NCBI GenBank assembly: GCA_009602735.1
Contig: WELA01000395.1
Coordinates: 131,484-195,483, forward strand
Direction: 5' to 3'
DNA: 64,000 nt
Source: Mesotaenium endlicherianum
Taxonomy: Eukaryota
The translations under genes and the position numbers were made by a program. A model generated the notes under the pieces. It ran no database searches, was not told the DNA's origin, and saw nothing but the letters and a program-made list of their open reading frames with translations. This document shows positions 12,901 to 26,519 of this stretch, piece after piece. The number at the start of each line of letters is the position of its first letter. Positions within the stretch are counted from its first letter, which is position 1.

Positions 12901-14182
12901 GTGGCGCGAGGAGGCCGTCGTCCGGAGGAAGTCGGCGGAGGCTCTTGCAAAGCGCCAGCAAGACAAACAGCTGGCCCTCGAGAAGGCGCGTCTGGAGAAG
13001 GCTGCGGCCGAGGCGGAGGAGAGGCGGGAGGCAGAGGCAGCTGAGCTGGCGGAGCAGGAGCGCATCCAGCTGGCGCTGACGAGGCGGGCGGCAGAAACGG
13101 AGAAGCAGAAGCCTGGGGGGGGAAAGGCCTCGGGGGTCCGCAAGAGCTCTGGCTCGACTACGCCAAGCGGCGATGAGCCGAAGCAGAAGGGGAAGAAGCT
13201 GCGGGCCGAGTCTGCCAAGTGGCTGTTTGGCGGGGGAGGCTCAAAAGCGCAAAAGTCGTCGGGCCGCTCGCTGAGTCACAGCCAGCTCGCGTGGTCCTCG
13301 CCTCTGGCTGACAGCAACACGAGCAGCGCCAACGGGAGTCCCCTGGGGTCAACCTCCGGGTCCCCCATCAAGCCAAAGGGTCCACTCAAGTCATTCTTCT
13401 CGACAGGGCGGGGCAGCGACAGCCACCCTTCGCCCCCTGGGAGTGGGAGGTCGAGTCAAGCTGACTCCCCGATGCAGGTGGAGGAAGAGGGGGTCCACGG
13501 AAGCGCCAGAGGGTCCCCCTTGGCAGTTGCAAACAGTCGAGAGCCCGCTGCACATGACAAGGAGAGCAAGCCAGCCGGTGAGCGGGTGTCTCCCGGAGAG
13601 GCCGCGGGGCCCCACGGTCTCGGACGGCGGCAGTTGTCGATGGAGATGGAACAGGTGGCAGAAGCTGACGAGGCCAGGGAGGGGGAGGCTGCACCTGAGG
13701 CAGGGGCGCATCCTGATCCGAGAGGAGCAGGGGAGGCGGCGGGCCTCCGCTCTGAGGATATGCTGTCAGATGGAAAGAGGATCGACGGCCAGGAGGAGTC
13801 TGTTACACCTGAAGCAGAGCATCGAATAGGAGGGGGTAAAGACGTTAAGACGGCCCCAGGTGGTGCGGTAGGCGTCCCTGTGGGGGGGCCTGTGGAGGGT
13901 CCTGTGGGGGGGAACGAGCGCAAGTTGCCGCAGCAGGCGCAGGGGGCGAAAGGAGGCACCAGCTTGCAGGAGCAGGAGCAGGGGCAGGAGGAGGAGCCTT
14001 CCAACGGCAAGAGACTCCCGCTGAGCTTGGGGAACGTGAACGTCAAGGCCGACGAAGATGGTGGCGAAAAGATCGTGCAAGTTGTGGATGAGACGGGTCC
14101 CGACGGTCGAGAGCTTTCCAAGCGCAGAGGAGCGCTGAAGGAGCCGCCCAACATGCCCAAGTGTGGGTGCGTGGTTCAGTAA
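3982..14182 (+). CDS. WEB family (DUF827-like) long coiled-coil protein with Ser/Pro/Gly-rich N-terminus and C-terminal CaaX, about 1945 aa
   Basis: Seven phase-consistent exons: 3982-5751 (GC donor), 6029-6235, 7332-7538, 8235-10023, 10560-10975, 11878-11994, 12851-14182 (5838 nt). The rod is Ala/Glu/Lys/Arg-rich with heptad character. The motifs AEARLAAALADVEAARAAEQES and GAREVLEGELHKWREE resemble the conserved C-terminal part of WEB1/PMI2-family proteins (recognised from memory). Ends ...MPKCGCVVQ*. Confidence 0.75.
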
Positions 14183-15093
14183 CATTAGTCGTTGAAAGGG
14201 AATAAGCACGATAATGAGCAAAATTAGCACACTAGACTAGGTATTTTGATGATGTCATGTTCTACTACCACGTGCATTAGCTTCATATGGAAGTCATTCA
14301 TGGTTTTGCAGTCTGACATGTGTTGCTTATAGTGGAACGAGCTATTCATAAGAGGGGCAGAAGTAGTATGATAAGATGAGCAAATGATACAGTGAGGATT
14401 TGGACTGTTCATAAGTCCATATGCAGTATTGCAATGATCAACTGTGTTATGCATTGATATATTCAAAGTGCTTATTCAAGGCAATACATATGTTGCAGAC
14501 GCCCTAGCAAAGTAAGCGCATAGGAGCAACTTAGTTTTGGAAGAAATGATTAGTTAGAGCAGATCATGAATATTGATTTATACTTGCATCTCCACAGTTT
14601 TCTTTGAGTTAATTGCAAAACATAATTTTGAAGAGTAATATGCTGCTGCATGTGCAGCATGAAATTTATCTGGAGGCCATGGATACTGTGATAATTGAGC
14701 TATGTACTCACTCACATTCATGCGTCTCTCATTCTGTTGCTGTTTCTTGGTCCACTGATTAGCTGTGGTACGATTCAAGAGAAGAGGCAAAGGATTGACG
14801 GGAACAAGTACACCAAGCAATTTCTTGCCTGCTCCCTGATCCCAGTAGCCTATCCTATCCCGCCTGCACCCGATCTCATTTTTTCTTACCTAGCTGCACA
14901 TGTATGCCTTTGTGCAGCTTCCTATCACCTAATTTCTCACCTATATCAAAGACCTGCTTGTTCTCTGCTCACCTTATTAATGAAACTTGTTATTATATTA
15001 TAGCCTATGTGCATTAATAATACATATCAAAATGAGAATTTCTCATTAAGAAGAGAGGGAGATTTTCAAAGGAGACCCGAACCAATCAACATG

Positions 15094-15232
15094 CGTACGC
15101 CAAAAACTCGACCCCAACCAAAGATCGCTGGTACGCCAAAAACTCGATTTGAACCGATGAGGACCGTACGCCAAAACTCGACTCGACCAGAGATCTGTGG
15201 TACGTCAAAAACTCGACGCCAGCCAAAGATCA
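15094..15232. repeat. minisatellite, about 36-bp unit x4 (GTACGCCAAAAACTCGA core)
   Basis: Four visible copies of gtacg(c/t)caaaa(a)ctcga at roughly 36-bp spacing. Confidence 0.85.
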
Positions 15233-17154
15233 CTGATACTATATGGGTTGATATGGGTACATAACATTTCCTCCGTTGACCACCCGCATCCTGTCTGAGT
15301 ATCCATTGACCAAATTGACTTATTAGAAGGACCGTGACGTTTGCCTTCACGATAGACCCTGACCGACCCTGGCTTTCCCTGTTGACCGCGTTGCATACCC
15401 CTGGAGTCCAATTTAGTCTGAGACGAGAGGCAGGAAGAGGTGTCCTGAGTGTATTGTGAAGTGTCCTGCAGCTGCTTTGCTATGTATTTCATCGTGAGGA
15501 TTGAAACGCACTATGATCGTAGTCGTTTTGTACCTCACGCGTAGACATTTCTTTGCACTGGATTGCGATGAGTTAGATACCCTGCTGTGCTAGGGCACTT
15601 GCCAGCATTTGGTCGTATATAGTATTTGGGAACGCAGAAGAGTTTACCGCTGCATCACGTTGCCATGTCGTTCTCTTTTGCGTCACGTGCACTGTCGTCC
15701 GCCCGAACCCTACAAGTGGCACTTGCCCCTCTGTCGCCACTGGGATTGACAGGCTCGACGTCTGGTGCATCTCAAGGGGCACTTGTACCTTCTCTTTACA
15801 TACTAGTAAGACCATCAGTCACTTTTGTGGATATCTAGAGGTTACGCCGATGTCTATTTGACCCATCTTAACACACCCCTGATTGACTAGCCGTATGAAA
15901 GTCATTTAGTCTCTTAAGCTGGAGTATGATAAAAGCTGGGAATAAGAGAGGACTTCCTGCCCAGCCTGCCCCCTCCCACGTTTCTTCCCGACTTTCTGAC
16001 CAACAACATGATTGAAACCTTCTTGCACACGAGCGGTTCTTGAGCCATAAACCCCAAGCATGGGCAGCTGGCAGTCACCAGTCGACCGTTCTGACGATGG
16101 TTTCGAGCAACCCGAGACTGATGTGGTCCATCTGTGCCCTCAGAACACATGCATGCAATTTTGCGGTTCCTATCTAAAATGAGGACATGTCAAGCTCATA
16201 GGGACTGCCGAAGGGTAAAATCCTAGGGGAGAGTGGTCACAGTCGTCGCAGTGTTGGCGATAGCCGGTTTTATTGGAAAAAAGAAGGCAAACACACGTTT
16301 TTGCATGAAATGTATGAAGATCACACAACTAAATCCTCCACATGAAGGAGTAGGATGCTGACACGTGGCTGCCATTTACCACCTCAAAGAAAACGCCTCC
16401 TTCCTCTCTCCCTCTGCATGAGACTGGTTATGATATGGCACCCAAGCACTGGCCAGCTCTGGCAGCTCTGCGGAAGAGTAAAAGAATTATCCAGCGAGGG
16501 CCCTGCACAGGCGCCCGTCTGCCGCAGCAGGGCATTGCCTGCATGTGAAGAAGGTTAAAGCAAGAAGTTAGTACCTGTCAAGAGTGTGAGGTACCCGTGA
16601 ACGATCTTGTTTAGGGTTTGCGAGGGTGTGAGGGGCGTACGAACCTCTTTGTACTTTCTAATTGAGCCCGCTCGTTGCAGCTTTGCACAGGGGTTTGGGG
16701 TTTAAGGCTGAGGATGCGCGTTTGGGGGGGACTAGGCATGAGGTCTGGCATATGCAAAGGTACCCACTTGCAGCCCCATAAGGTGCTCTAGCTGTGTGCG
16801 AGAGTGGGAGCAAGTCAACCGGGGCCTAAGCTGGTCTCATGTGGCATCTCCTGCTCCTCCAACGGCCCCCTTGCCTGCTTCCTTCATGCTTCACTTAGGG
16901 TTCTGATTTTGGATATTGGGGTCTACGAACTTCGGGTTTGAGGTTTAGGGTCTGAAGTCTTGGTTTCGCAGAGGGCACAACTGGCAGAGGGCCGGCTTCC
17001 CCTGTCCACTGCGTCCTGTGCTCCACCCGATAAGACATGTATTTGTCGATAGATTAGTACTACGTGCACCTGTGATGCACTATATGCGATTTACGGTATG
17101 CAATATGTGATATAACAAGCATCTTGATGATAGTGTGCGTACGGTGCCATGCAG

Positions 17155-17982
17155 GTCCAGCACCTGTCCAGCGCTGCAGGGATCGACCCGTCTGCCAGAG
17201 GGCACTCCCCCCTCACGCCTCATGGCATCGCCTCCGCAGACTCGCCTGCCAGCTCGTCAGGGCTGGGGTTGGGATATCAGGCCGTCCCCTCCGTGGAGCA
17301 TGCCAGCTCATCATCCCCGGATGAAATCCTGAGTGAAAGCCTCAGTAAAACCCTAACCCAAGAAGAAGAAGGGCAGGCAGCGGCCAGCAGTGCCCCCCGC
17401 ACGGCGCCCCTTCCAGAAGATTTAGTATTCTCGGAAAGCGCGCAGGAGGAGGACAAACAGGTGGCGGCGTTTCCCGCTCTGCAAGCGCCGCCGGCCATTC
17501 CGCTGCCGCACTTTGTGGCGCAGAGGGCCGCCAGGCGGAAGGACGTGACAGCTGTCAGCCTGGCGGAGGCTCTCAAGATCTTGAAGGTAAGCGTTTGCAA
17601 GGCTCCCCCCCGAGCTGTGGCTGCGGCAGTGCGTGCTCTCCCCTCTGCCTCTTCTTAATAGCTTGCAAGGGTGTAGGGGTTAGGGTTTTCTTCCTGTAGG
17701 TGCATCCCTGTTTTTCCTCTCATATGGCCTTTGACTCAGGTGACGAGTCATAAGAAGGAAGGGGGGGAAGAGATCTTAAGCTGTCGTTTCTTGCCTGGGT
17801 AAGATTCGTTGATGGCAGACTTCGTGTGAATATATTTTCTCATTGACGTGTCCTGAGATTGCCTACCGTGCCCGTGCTACGCACTCACGCCTGCCAGAAA
17901 CTTTTGGTATTGGAGAGGGTCTGCCGAGCGCATGGAAGCACTCATGCACGCACACGAACACATGCACGCGCGCGCACACACG

Positions 17983-18035
<53 letters not shown>

Positions 18036-21000
18036 ACGCGCGCACACACGCACGCCCACTCACATGCACACATGCATGCGCACGCTCATGTGAGTGCGTG
18101 GTTCTGAGCCGTGCGGACTTCCTTCTGAATAGTAGCAGCATGCGTCTGCAATCCGCCAAGGGACCCAGTCCGCCGCTCCTCTCCTCTCTTCCTCCCTTTT
18201 GTTCGTCAATGCTCTCCGGTGGGAGCAGGGGAAAGCGCGCGCAAAGTTCACGGAGACGCTGGAGGCGCACATCCGCCTGAGCGTGGACCCCCGCCGCAGC
18301 GACCAGGTTCGATGCACCTCCCACCCCCGCGCGGTGCTTGTGGATGTGTGGATATTCATTGCACGCGCCCCCTTGTGTTTGTTGTTCGCCGACTCTTGAG
18401 GGCTATTATGAAGCGTGGCTGCTGAATTGCAGAGAGGAGCAGGCAAGATATGCGTAGACATGCAGATGTGCTGTTTGTTGTATGTGTGCATGTGTGTGCG
18501 CGCGCACATCCTGCGCATACTGTTGTACTCTCTCACACACAAACACGCACACACTGTAAACACGCACACGCATGCGCGCGGGCGCGCGCACACACAGACA
18601 CACACATACGCACACACACGCATGCATGCGCGTGTGCATCATGTAACTTGTGTGAACTTGCATATGAAGGCTCACGTGCGTCTCGACATGGCCCCCGCAT
18701 CCTTGTGACACGTGTCACTGACGCATGAGCGCACGCCTGCGTGTGGGATGGTGCGAGAAGATGGTGAGAGGCGTCGCCGGACTGCCACATGGCCTTGGCA
18801 AGGTAGGCACCCCCCCTGCCGCCCGCCTTCTCCCCCCCCCGCTTCTCCTCTCCCCTTTCCCCCCTCCCATCGCCCCGTCCTTCCCACCACACGTTCCGTC
18901 CCCCTCTGCGAGTGCTGCTGCAATATCCTCGTTCCGTGTTTTTGGTAACAGAGAACAACTCTGCGGGGCACGTTGTGGTGCCATTGTCCGAACTTTGCAT
19001 AGAGCGTGTCCTAGCATTGGTGTTAAGATCGCTACTGGCTGCTGGCGTTGGCTCTTTCCCCTCTGCGCTCGCGACTGCGCTTGAAATTGCGTGTTCATTC
19101 GCACGTGCACGCCTGTTCAATGGTCTATATTCACTTTTACAACCTCCACCCGGGTGCGTCTGTGCGCACATGTTTAATGCGCGAAAGTGTACACTCATGT
19201 AGGCTTGCACGCCCCCAGAGCCCGTGCTCCCGCGAATTCGATAGTGCGCGCGCGTTGCATCACGCAGAAATTCAGCCGCTGACTCGTGCTTCTAAGTGCC
19301 CAACTCCTACTCTCACTAAGAAATGCACGCGGGCTGACCAAGCGCTCACTCATTGACGGCAACTACCCAACGCGAGCTAACCGACAACAAATAAACACTC
19401 AACGCATGCGTGACCGAGCGTGCGTGCATGGCGGCGGCGGAGGGGGCGCAGGCGGTGCGCGTGGCGGTGTTTGCAGAGGGCGAGGCGGCGCAGCAGGCGG
19501 CGGCAGCGGGCGCGGACGTCGTGGGCGCCGAAGACCTCATCGCCCGCATCAAAGAGAGTGGGTTGCAGAGAAGGGGGAGGGAAAGGGGNNNNNNNNNNNN
19601 NNNNNNNNNNNNNNNNNNNNNNNNNNNNNNNNNNNNNNNNNNNNNNNNNNNNNNGGGGGGGAGGAGAGCCTTTACACTCCCCATCATGCTCCCACTCTTT
19701 CCACTCCAAGGCTGCCAACGCCTAGGAGCCCAAATGGCGTGAAAACTCCAAAGCCCTCGGACCCTAAGGCCTTAAAGCCCTGAAACCCTAAATTTCTGAA
19801 GCCCTAAAGCCCTCGAACTTTGAAATTGAAGCCTTGGTACCAATAAAGCTGTGTATTGGGCCGGGAACCTAAACCCGCAAGCTCTCCTCTCCCTAGGCTC
19901 TGTGCTCCACGCCCTTTGCCCCAGGCCCTAAACTCTCTAGGCTCTAGACTCCCTAGGCCCTGAACTCCCTAGGCTCTAGACTCCTTAGACTCCCTAGGCC
20001 CTAGATTCTCTAGGCTCTAGACTCCCTAAGTCCTGAACTCCCTAGGCTCTAGACTCCCCAGGCTCTAGACTTCTTAGACTCCCTAGGCCCTATACTCTCT
20101 AGGTTCTAGACTGCCTTGGCTTTAGGCTCCCTCGGTTCTAGGCTCTAGGTCTAAGACCCTACCTAGGCCTATCACGCTAGGCCCTATACCCCTTGTATGC
20201 GCTCACACGTTTATATATATACACACTGATGTACGTACTATATGCTTATTTTTTAGAGGTACATCTGCTGTTGCTACGCGCCTTCCTGGAGCGCACAACT
20301 TTCATCGGGAGTTGATTAGAGCTGGGCTGACCACTTGAAGGACGGCTGTCGGGGGGGCATGACGGCGGGCATGGGTGCGTCGTGGAGCGGCGCCAGGTGG
20401 CGGCAAGCTGGACTTTGACAAGTGCATTGCCACGCCCTCGCTCATGCGCTCTCTCGGACAGGTGGGTGCTGCTCCCCCCCCTCCCCCAAATTTATAGGAT
20501 AACCGCACCGAACCTGATTATACGAATTGCGCTGGCTGGCTATGCACAGCTCTTGCGTGGGCCAATACTTTGGCCGACGTCTCTACGGCTTTGTATACGG
20601 CTCACGAATCATTCAAACATATTTTCGCGTTGGCAGATATGTGGCATGTATGTGGTATGTAAATTATGATACATGTTGGTCATACATATTCATGCTTCCT
20701 CCTGTTGGCAGCTTCTACGCCTCTTCTTGCCATCGCTTTGCATCAGGAAATGCGCGCAAGTGGGTGATCTTACGAGCGCCAGCTGGCGAGTGCACACACA
20801 CACACACACACACACGTGCACACACATGCACACACACGTAAGCTGCCGCACATGTTGCCATTCCAACGCGTGGTTTCATGGGATACGTCGGGCGACCAGA
20901 ATTGACCAATCTTGACCAACGTTGACCTCCTGTCATGCAGCTGACCTGCCTCCCCTCACGCTCTCTATTTGTGCCAGGTGGCGCGAATCCTAGGGCCCAG

Positions 21001-23352
21001 AGGACTGATGCCCAATCCCAAGGTGGGCCGCCGCTGCCCCCGGCTACCACCTGTCCCGTAGATCATCTACACTCCCAATACTTCCTTCCCTTGCCCTGCT
21101 GTACATACCTGCCTGCCCCATGATGTTTTGCACCCGTTGGGAGGACGCCTCATCTTGGCACGACATGTGGCGCCCCTCGGCAGTGCCCCGCACAGGTATG
21201 CGTGTGTCTGTGTCTGTCTCTCTGTGTGTGTGTGTGTGTGTGTGTGGCACGTGCCTATGTTAGCGCGCGTGCCATCCCTCTCCTCCTCGCCAGGGAGGAG
21301 CCACGAGCCGGGAGGATGATGACACCTGGCAGTAACCGTGCGAGCCGTGCAGCTGGGCACCGTGACGACGAACGTGGCGGAGGCGGTGCGGGCGGCGAAG
21401 CAGGGGCGGGTGGACTTCCGCGCGGACAAGACCGGCATCGTCCACGCCGGCCTGGGCAAGGTGCGCACGCTCTCTCCTCTGGCTCATCATCCCCCCCCTC
21501 CCCCTCGTCTCCCTCCCCCTCCCTCTCCCTCTCCCTCTCCCTGCCCCTCGCCGTCCTCCTCCTCCTCCTCCTCCTCCTCCCAGATTCCTGAACGTCACCT
21601 CACCGTTGATGTAGAAGCATCAAGGACCCTAGTCAGAGCCACTCGCACGAAACCTCCAGGGTGCAGCACAGACCGAAATGTCGATGAAGAAAGTTTTAAA
21701 AAACTCCGCCTATCGTGACCTGCTGCCATACTGGCTCTCTGGTGCTCTTCCCCCCAAAAATCGACATCTTCCTCTCCCTCGCTGTATGACCCGAAAGAAT
21801 AGCGCCGACATTCGCATCTCTGGACTTGGAGCAATCATACCCGTCTCGCACTTTCCAGGTCTGAACGGGACCGTAAGCCCTCCTTGCTGTCATATCCAGC
21901 TGCGCTGGCGACAGCTGGCTCCCTCCTTTTCTGTGCTCCCGAGGCCTTTGGGGAGCTCAGCCCGGTCGGTGTTTTTGCGCCAACCCCAAAACCGCAACTT
22001 GGAAGCCAGCACTCCAACTGTGCCTGCCGGGGCCGCCGCCTGGCGGCGCGTGCGTCTGGCCGGGAACGCGCAGTTTGAACATGTGGGCCGCATCTGCACG
22101 CGCTCTCAAGGCACGAGGTGGGCAGAGCGCGAGACGTATGCACACCGCGAGCCGCACGGACGCGTGTCGATCGTCGTACCCCGCCGCCGTGTCTGTCAAG
22201 CGGCTCGCGCTTGCAAATGAGCACCTGCGCGTCCGGTTGAGGTTCTAGGGGTTTATCTGCGCGTTTGCAAACAGAGGGCCTTTGGGCCCCCCCTTGTGAC
22301 TGACTGCCCTAAACTCAAACCCTAAACTCGAAGCTTGCAACCTTCTGCACTCTCCACCCTCCAGCCCTTTTCCGCAGCCCCAATGTGTTAGCGCTCTGAG
22401 ACGTGATTGGTGATTGGTGATTGGACATGTGCTGGCGTGTGTCCGGTTGTGCCACCTGGGCGCCTGGGCGGCTGGTGAGTCCAGCTGGACTTCTCTGACG
22501 AGGCGCTGACGGACAACGTGGCAGCGTTTGCGTCGGCCCTGCTCGGCGCAAAGCCCGCGGGCCTCAAGAAGAGTAAGCAGTCTCTGCTTTTTCTCCTCCT
22601 TCTTCTTCTCTTCTTCTCTCAGCTACCTGCTTTTAGCTACCTGCGGCATCAACGGTGCAGGTGCATTATGTAAAAGGAGAGAAACTTATCGTGAAGCGGT
22701 GGCCCAGTCATATCTGCCTCTCTCCTACGCTCCGCACGTCTTTTCCAGTGTCGATGCCTGCTGCTGTTGGTTGACAAGGTGCGCAAATTCCCTGTCCCTC
22801 CCATGCGCTCTCCCTTGCTAGCAGCTCCTTCCCCTCAACCCCTCACAAGGACTCCCTCTATCTAATGCCCCTTCCACCCGCAAATATTCCGCGCACAGAG
22901 CACGCATGGGGCGAGCTGGACAGCGAACCTTCTCTGAACTTTTCCGAAAGGCCTCATAACCCTGAATGGAGACTCCTGCAACAGGCAGCCTGGGAAATTT
23001 GTGCCTGGATCCCAAGCCATGCAGAAGCAAGCAGTCTGATTGCTGCGTTTGCACTCGCGTGGGGCTAGCGAGAGGGAAGAAGCAGGCTTCCCGTCGGGGT
23101 CCGGGTGCATGCAGTCCCGCCGCCCTGTACGGCGGACGAACCTATTCACTGTGCGCGTGCAGAGGGGGTGTGTGTTTACAACTGCTTTCATGCGATTGGT
23201 GCATTTGTTTCACACACAATGTAATAAATAAATACATTAAAATTATATATGTATATAAACATATAAATATATATGTATGTATCTCATATATATGCACACA
23301 TGTGTACATATATGCATACATATTAGAAGTATAAGTATATGCACACACACAC

Positions 23353-23410
<58 letters not shown>

Positions 23411-24276
23411 ACATGTACATATGTATGTGGTATATGTGCTAACAATATATTTGTGATGAGGGTGTTTGTCTGGGTCACATCCGCAGGCTCCAGGTACTCG
23501 GGATATTTCACCAGCTTCTCGCTCTCCTCCACTGTGAGTCTCCGTCCCCCCCCTGTCCCCCACCTGTCTGCTCAGAGCACTACTTCTTCTCAACTTTCTG
23601 TGGCCACAAATCGAGCGCTGCTCGCATGTGAGCCTCCTCTTTTGCGCCCTAGGCTTCGCCCTTCTGCTCCTCTTTACGTTTGTGAGTCGGGGGTTCTGCA
23701 AAGCTTTAGATGCTTTTTTTTCCTTAATGCTTGGATTGCCCCTCCGCCTTACCCTTTCAAGTTTCAACTTCAAAGTCAGCAGAAAGTGGAGGGGGGGTAC
23801 AAAGGGGAAGATGGCTACTAAGACATGCGTCTTGGGGGCGTAAGGGTTTGTGTAAAAGTCCTCTGCATATCATGCAACGCCACCTGTCCGAAAGCGTGGC
23901 GAAGGGCGCATCAACCGTTATTCGAGAATCGGTTGCTGCTCTCCTCAACGCTGCTCTCCTCAACGCTGCTCTCACATTGAGCCGGACCTGGCATGAGTCG
24001 CCTAAGAATCGAGCACTGGCAAGGGGTCCTGTGTCTCGTTGTCCAAAACCCGTTGGAAGAAAAGCAACAAACTATTTCCGTGCAGGGTGTTACTTTCTCA
24101 TTGCCCACTTCCAATTGTTTCTTATATATGTATGTATGTGTGTAGATATCTATGTCTATATATACATATACACTTATCTTCCACCTGCTGCTGAATTGCA
24201 GATGGGACCCGGCGTGCGCGTGAGCATTCCATCGGTGGCGAATGCGGCGGACCACTACGCTCGCAAACAAGTTTGA
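17155..24276 (+). CDS. MRPL1: ribosomal protein uL1, nucleus-encoded organellar (most like the plant mitochondrial uL1m); first exon unresolved
   Basis: Exons 17155-17586, 18229-18306, 18761-18802, 19452-19557, 20397-20461, 20978-21022, 21353-21460, 22485-22572, 23487-23533 and 24202-24276 join in phase. Product: ...[13 protein letters not shown]...[13 protein letters not shown]...[11 protein letters not shown]...DFDKCIATP...[19 protein letters not shown]...[16 protein letters not shown]...AKPAGLKK...SLSSTMGPG. The TLEAHxRL and AKPAGLKK segments point to the mitochondrial type. The start is probably near 16435 (MAPKHWPALAALRKSKR, presequence-like), but I could not fix the donor. Confidence 0.9.
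19890..20185. repeat. intronic minisatellite of CTCCCTAGGCTCTAGA-like units
   Basis: Many imperfect tandem copies of ctccctaggc(t/c)ctaga inside the uL1 intron. Confidence 0.8.
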
Positions 24277-26519
24277 TTTGAGAGAAGAGGGGTGTGGCTG
24301 GCTCTCAAGTAAGGGATTGTGAGATAGTGATTGCTCCATGCAAGGTATATTGCAAAATGTTGTTTGAAGGTGTGAAGTGGGGGAGCTTCTTTGTTGCAGC
24401 GTTCATGCGCGTAAGGAGCAAGCTTAGCTGCTCCCAGTATGTAGCGAGGTGGTGATGGTATAGACTGATCGGATGTCTATGCTAGTCGCTGCTTCTTCAA
24501 AGTCTTGGATTGATGATTGGATTCAATCGTGCATTATTGGGGTTTTGATTGCAGCCGCCATCACTGTTAGGAACAGCGTGTGCAAAGACAACAATGTTGC
24601 GCACCATCAAAATTGAGTGCTAAAACTTTTGCTATCGAACGTCCACGCTGTAGTTCCACTCGAATTGGATCAACTAAGCAAGCTGCAGGGAGAATAAAGT
24701 ATGCATTGTGTATGCATGCCTGTTTCCGACAGCAGAACACATGTGGTTATATGACTTGTGAGGTCGCACATAAAAGTAGGTCAGGTGTCCATCAGACTTG
24801 GCAATCAGATCTTTGTTGTTTGATACAGACCATCAGGTGCAAGTATGTTCGCTCTTGCGATGCTTGAATTTACCAGGGCCTACAAAAGATGTGGATCGAT
24901 ATACGTGGATAAGGAGCATGGCGAAAAGCACTTGTGTGGCGAGAGGGACATCGGAAAGAAGCAACGGAAGATATAGAAGAGCAAGCCTGACTCAATGTCG
25001 AGCCGAAGGCTACATGCATCGCAATGAGTGCCTTTGAGGGGTTCGCAACGCTAAAAATTATTCCACTTTCGGTAATGGTAAAATGCTTCCACTTCTCACA
25101 ATAAGAATCTGCTAAGACCAGCACGGATTGGCTAATACTGTGCCAGGTTTGCAGGTTTGAGGGTTTTGTACATCAACAACCTACTCAGTTTCTCTACATC
25201 CTATCAAGGACCGCACTGGCGGTGGCATTGTAAAAAGAGGGTAGCAATGGCATTGAGAGCCTCTTATATTATGTACTAAATCACCAGATGTTGAATGTAA
25301 ACCACCACAAAGCACAACAGCATGGTGCCAACTGTCAGGCTTGATTGCAGCCTCGCCACCTGCCACCGCCTGGTGGCCAATCAAAGCTGGAGCCAGGAGA
25401 GGACCCAATTGTTGTTGCCCACGTAACCTATCACGACACGCGCCCACCCGACAGCACCCTATGCAACACCGCGCCGCAAGCAAGCACACGCACTCACCCG
25501 TGTACCAAATGGGTGTTTTACAGCATGAACCCACTTGGCGGCGTCAGATGACTGCCAGTTGGCAAGTTTGCAAGCAAGCGCACATGCACGCACACTCAGC
25601 TGCAGAGTGCATGTGTGCCCCACCCCCCCACAAGGATCTCTGCCCAATGACACAACGCTCTGCCAGCTGGCAGCCCATTGCTCCTCAACCCTCAGAAACA
25701 CACACACAGACAAACACATGGGCACGCACACTAACATCCCCACATGCACAACACCACAGGCACGCATGTAGACGGCCTTCTGCCCGCCTGCCGGCCAAAA
25801 TACACGTACGGACGCGCACACGCACATGCACAAGCACAGAGATGCACACCATACATGCCAGCACACGTACACCAGAGACACGCCTAGATGCAGTTGTTGC
25901 CCCCATACCACAGCAGACTAGGGAGATACAGCTGCCCCGCTTGCTGGCTGCCCCCCGCCTCCTGCGCTCTTGCTGGGCAGTGGGCACTGCCTTGTCCTCG
26001 AGAGTGCACCTGCCCCACCGCAGCTTGCACACGCGCGTCGGGTTCCTCCAGGCCAGGCCCTGCTTGGGGTTTCCAGGGGAATGGTGTGAGAAAAGGGTGC
26101 TGGTTGGGAGGGGGGTGGGGAGGGGNNNNNNNNNNNNNNNNNNNNNNNNNNNNNNNNNNNNNNNNNNNNNAGGGGGGTGGGGAGGGGGGTGGGGATGGAG
26201 GGGCTGTGCCGGGCGTCTCCGCCTTTGGTGCCACTTGTGGCGGGGGCTGGCGTGTGTTCGGGCAGATCGAAAGCGCCTGAGTGCCTTAGAGAAGACCAGT
26301 ATTGACCAGTGAGACGAAAATATTATGTAGAGAATGATACGTACATCTTTTGACCTCACGAATGTTGACCAACATATTATGCGCCACGGTCCTGCAGCTG
26401 CCTGCAACCAGCCTGCAACAATCAACCTCACTTATCAAGGTTGACGGGACGCGGGTGGTCACTTCCGCTACCGCGTGCCCTACGCATCCCGATTTGCCTC
26501 GTCTCTGGCTTTTGTTGCG

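Noticed and set aside
3982..14182. Calling the coiled-coil CaaX protein a true lamin or NMCP/CRWN
   Set aside because: No lamin rod-end consensus or Ig-like tail domain is visible, and the WEB-like motifs explain the rod better. The resemblance is architectural only.
15094..15232. CRISPR-like appearance of the 36-bp periodic repeat (also 26520-26860 and 54011-54206)
   Set aside because: The 'spacers' are similar to each other, the context is eukaryotic and there are no cas genes; these are minisatellites.
15300..16330. Cys-rich minus-strand fragment (RYKCPLRC...C..W) suggesting a Mutator-type zinc finger
   Set aside because: Too short and interrupted to support a call without a search.
25341..26431. 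323-aa and 248-aa ORFs between uL1 and AsnRS
   Set aside because: Low-complexity, span an N gap and contain no domain motifs.
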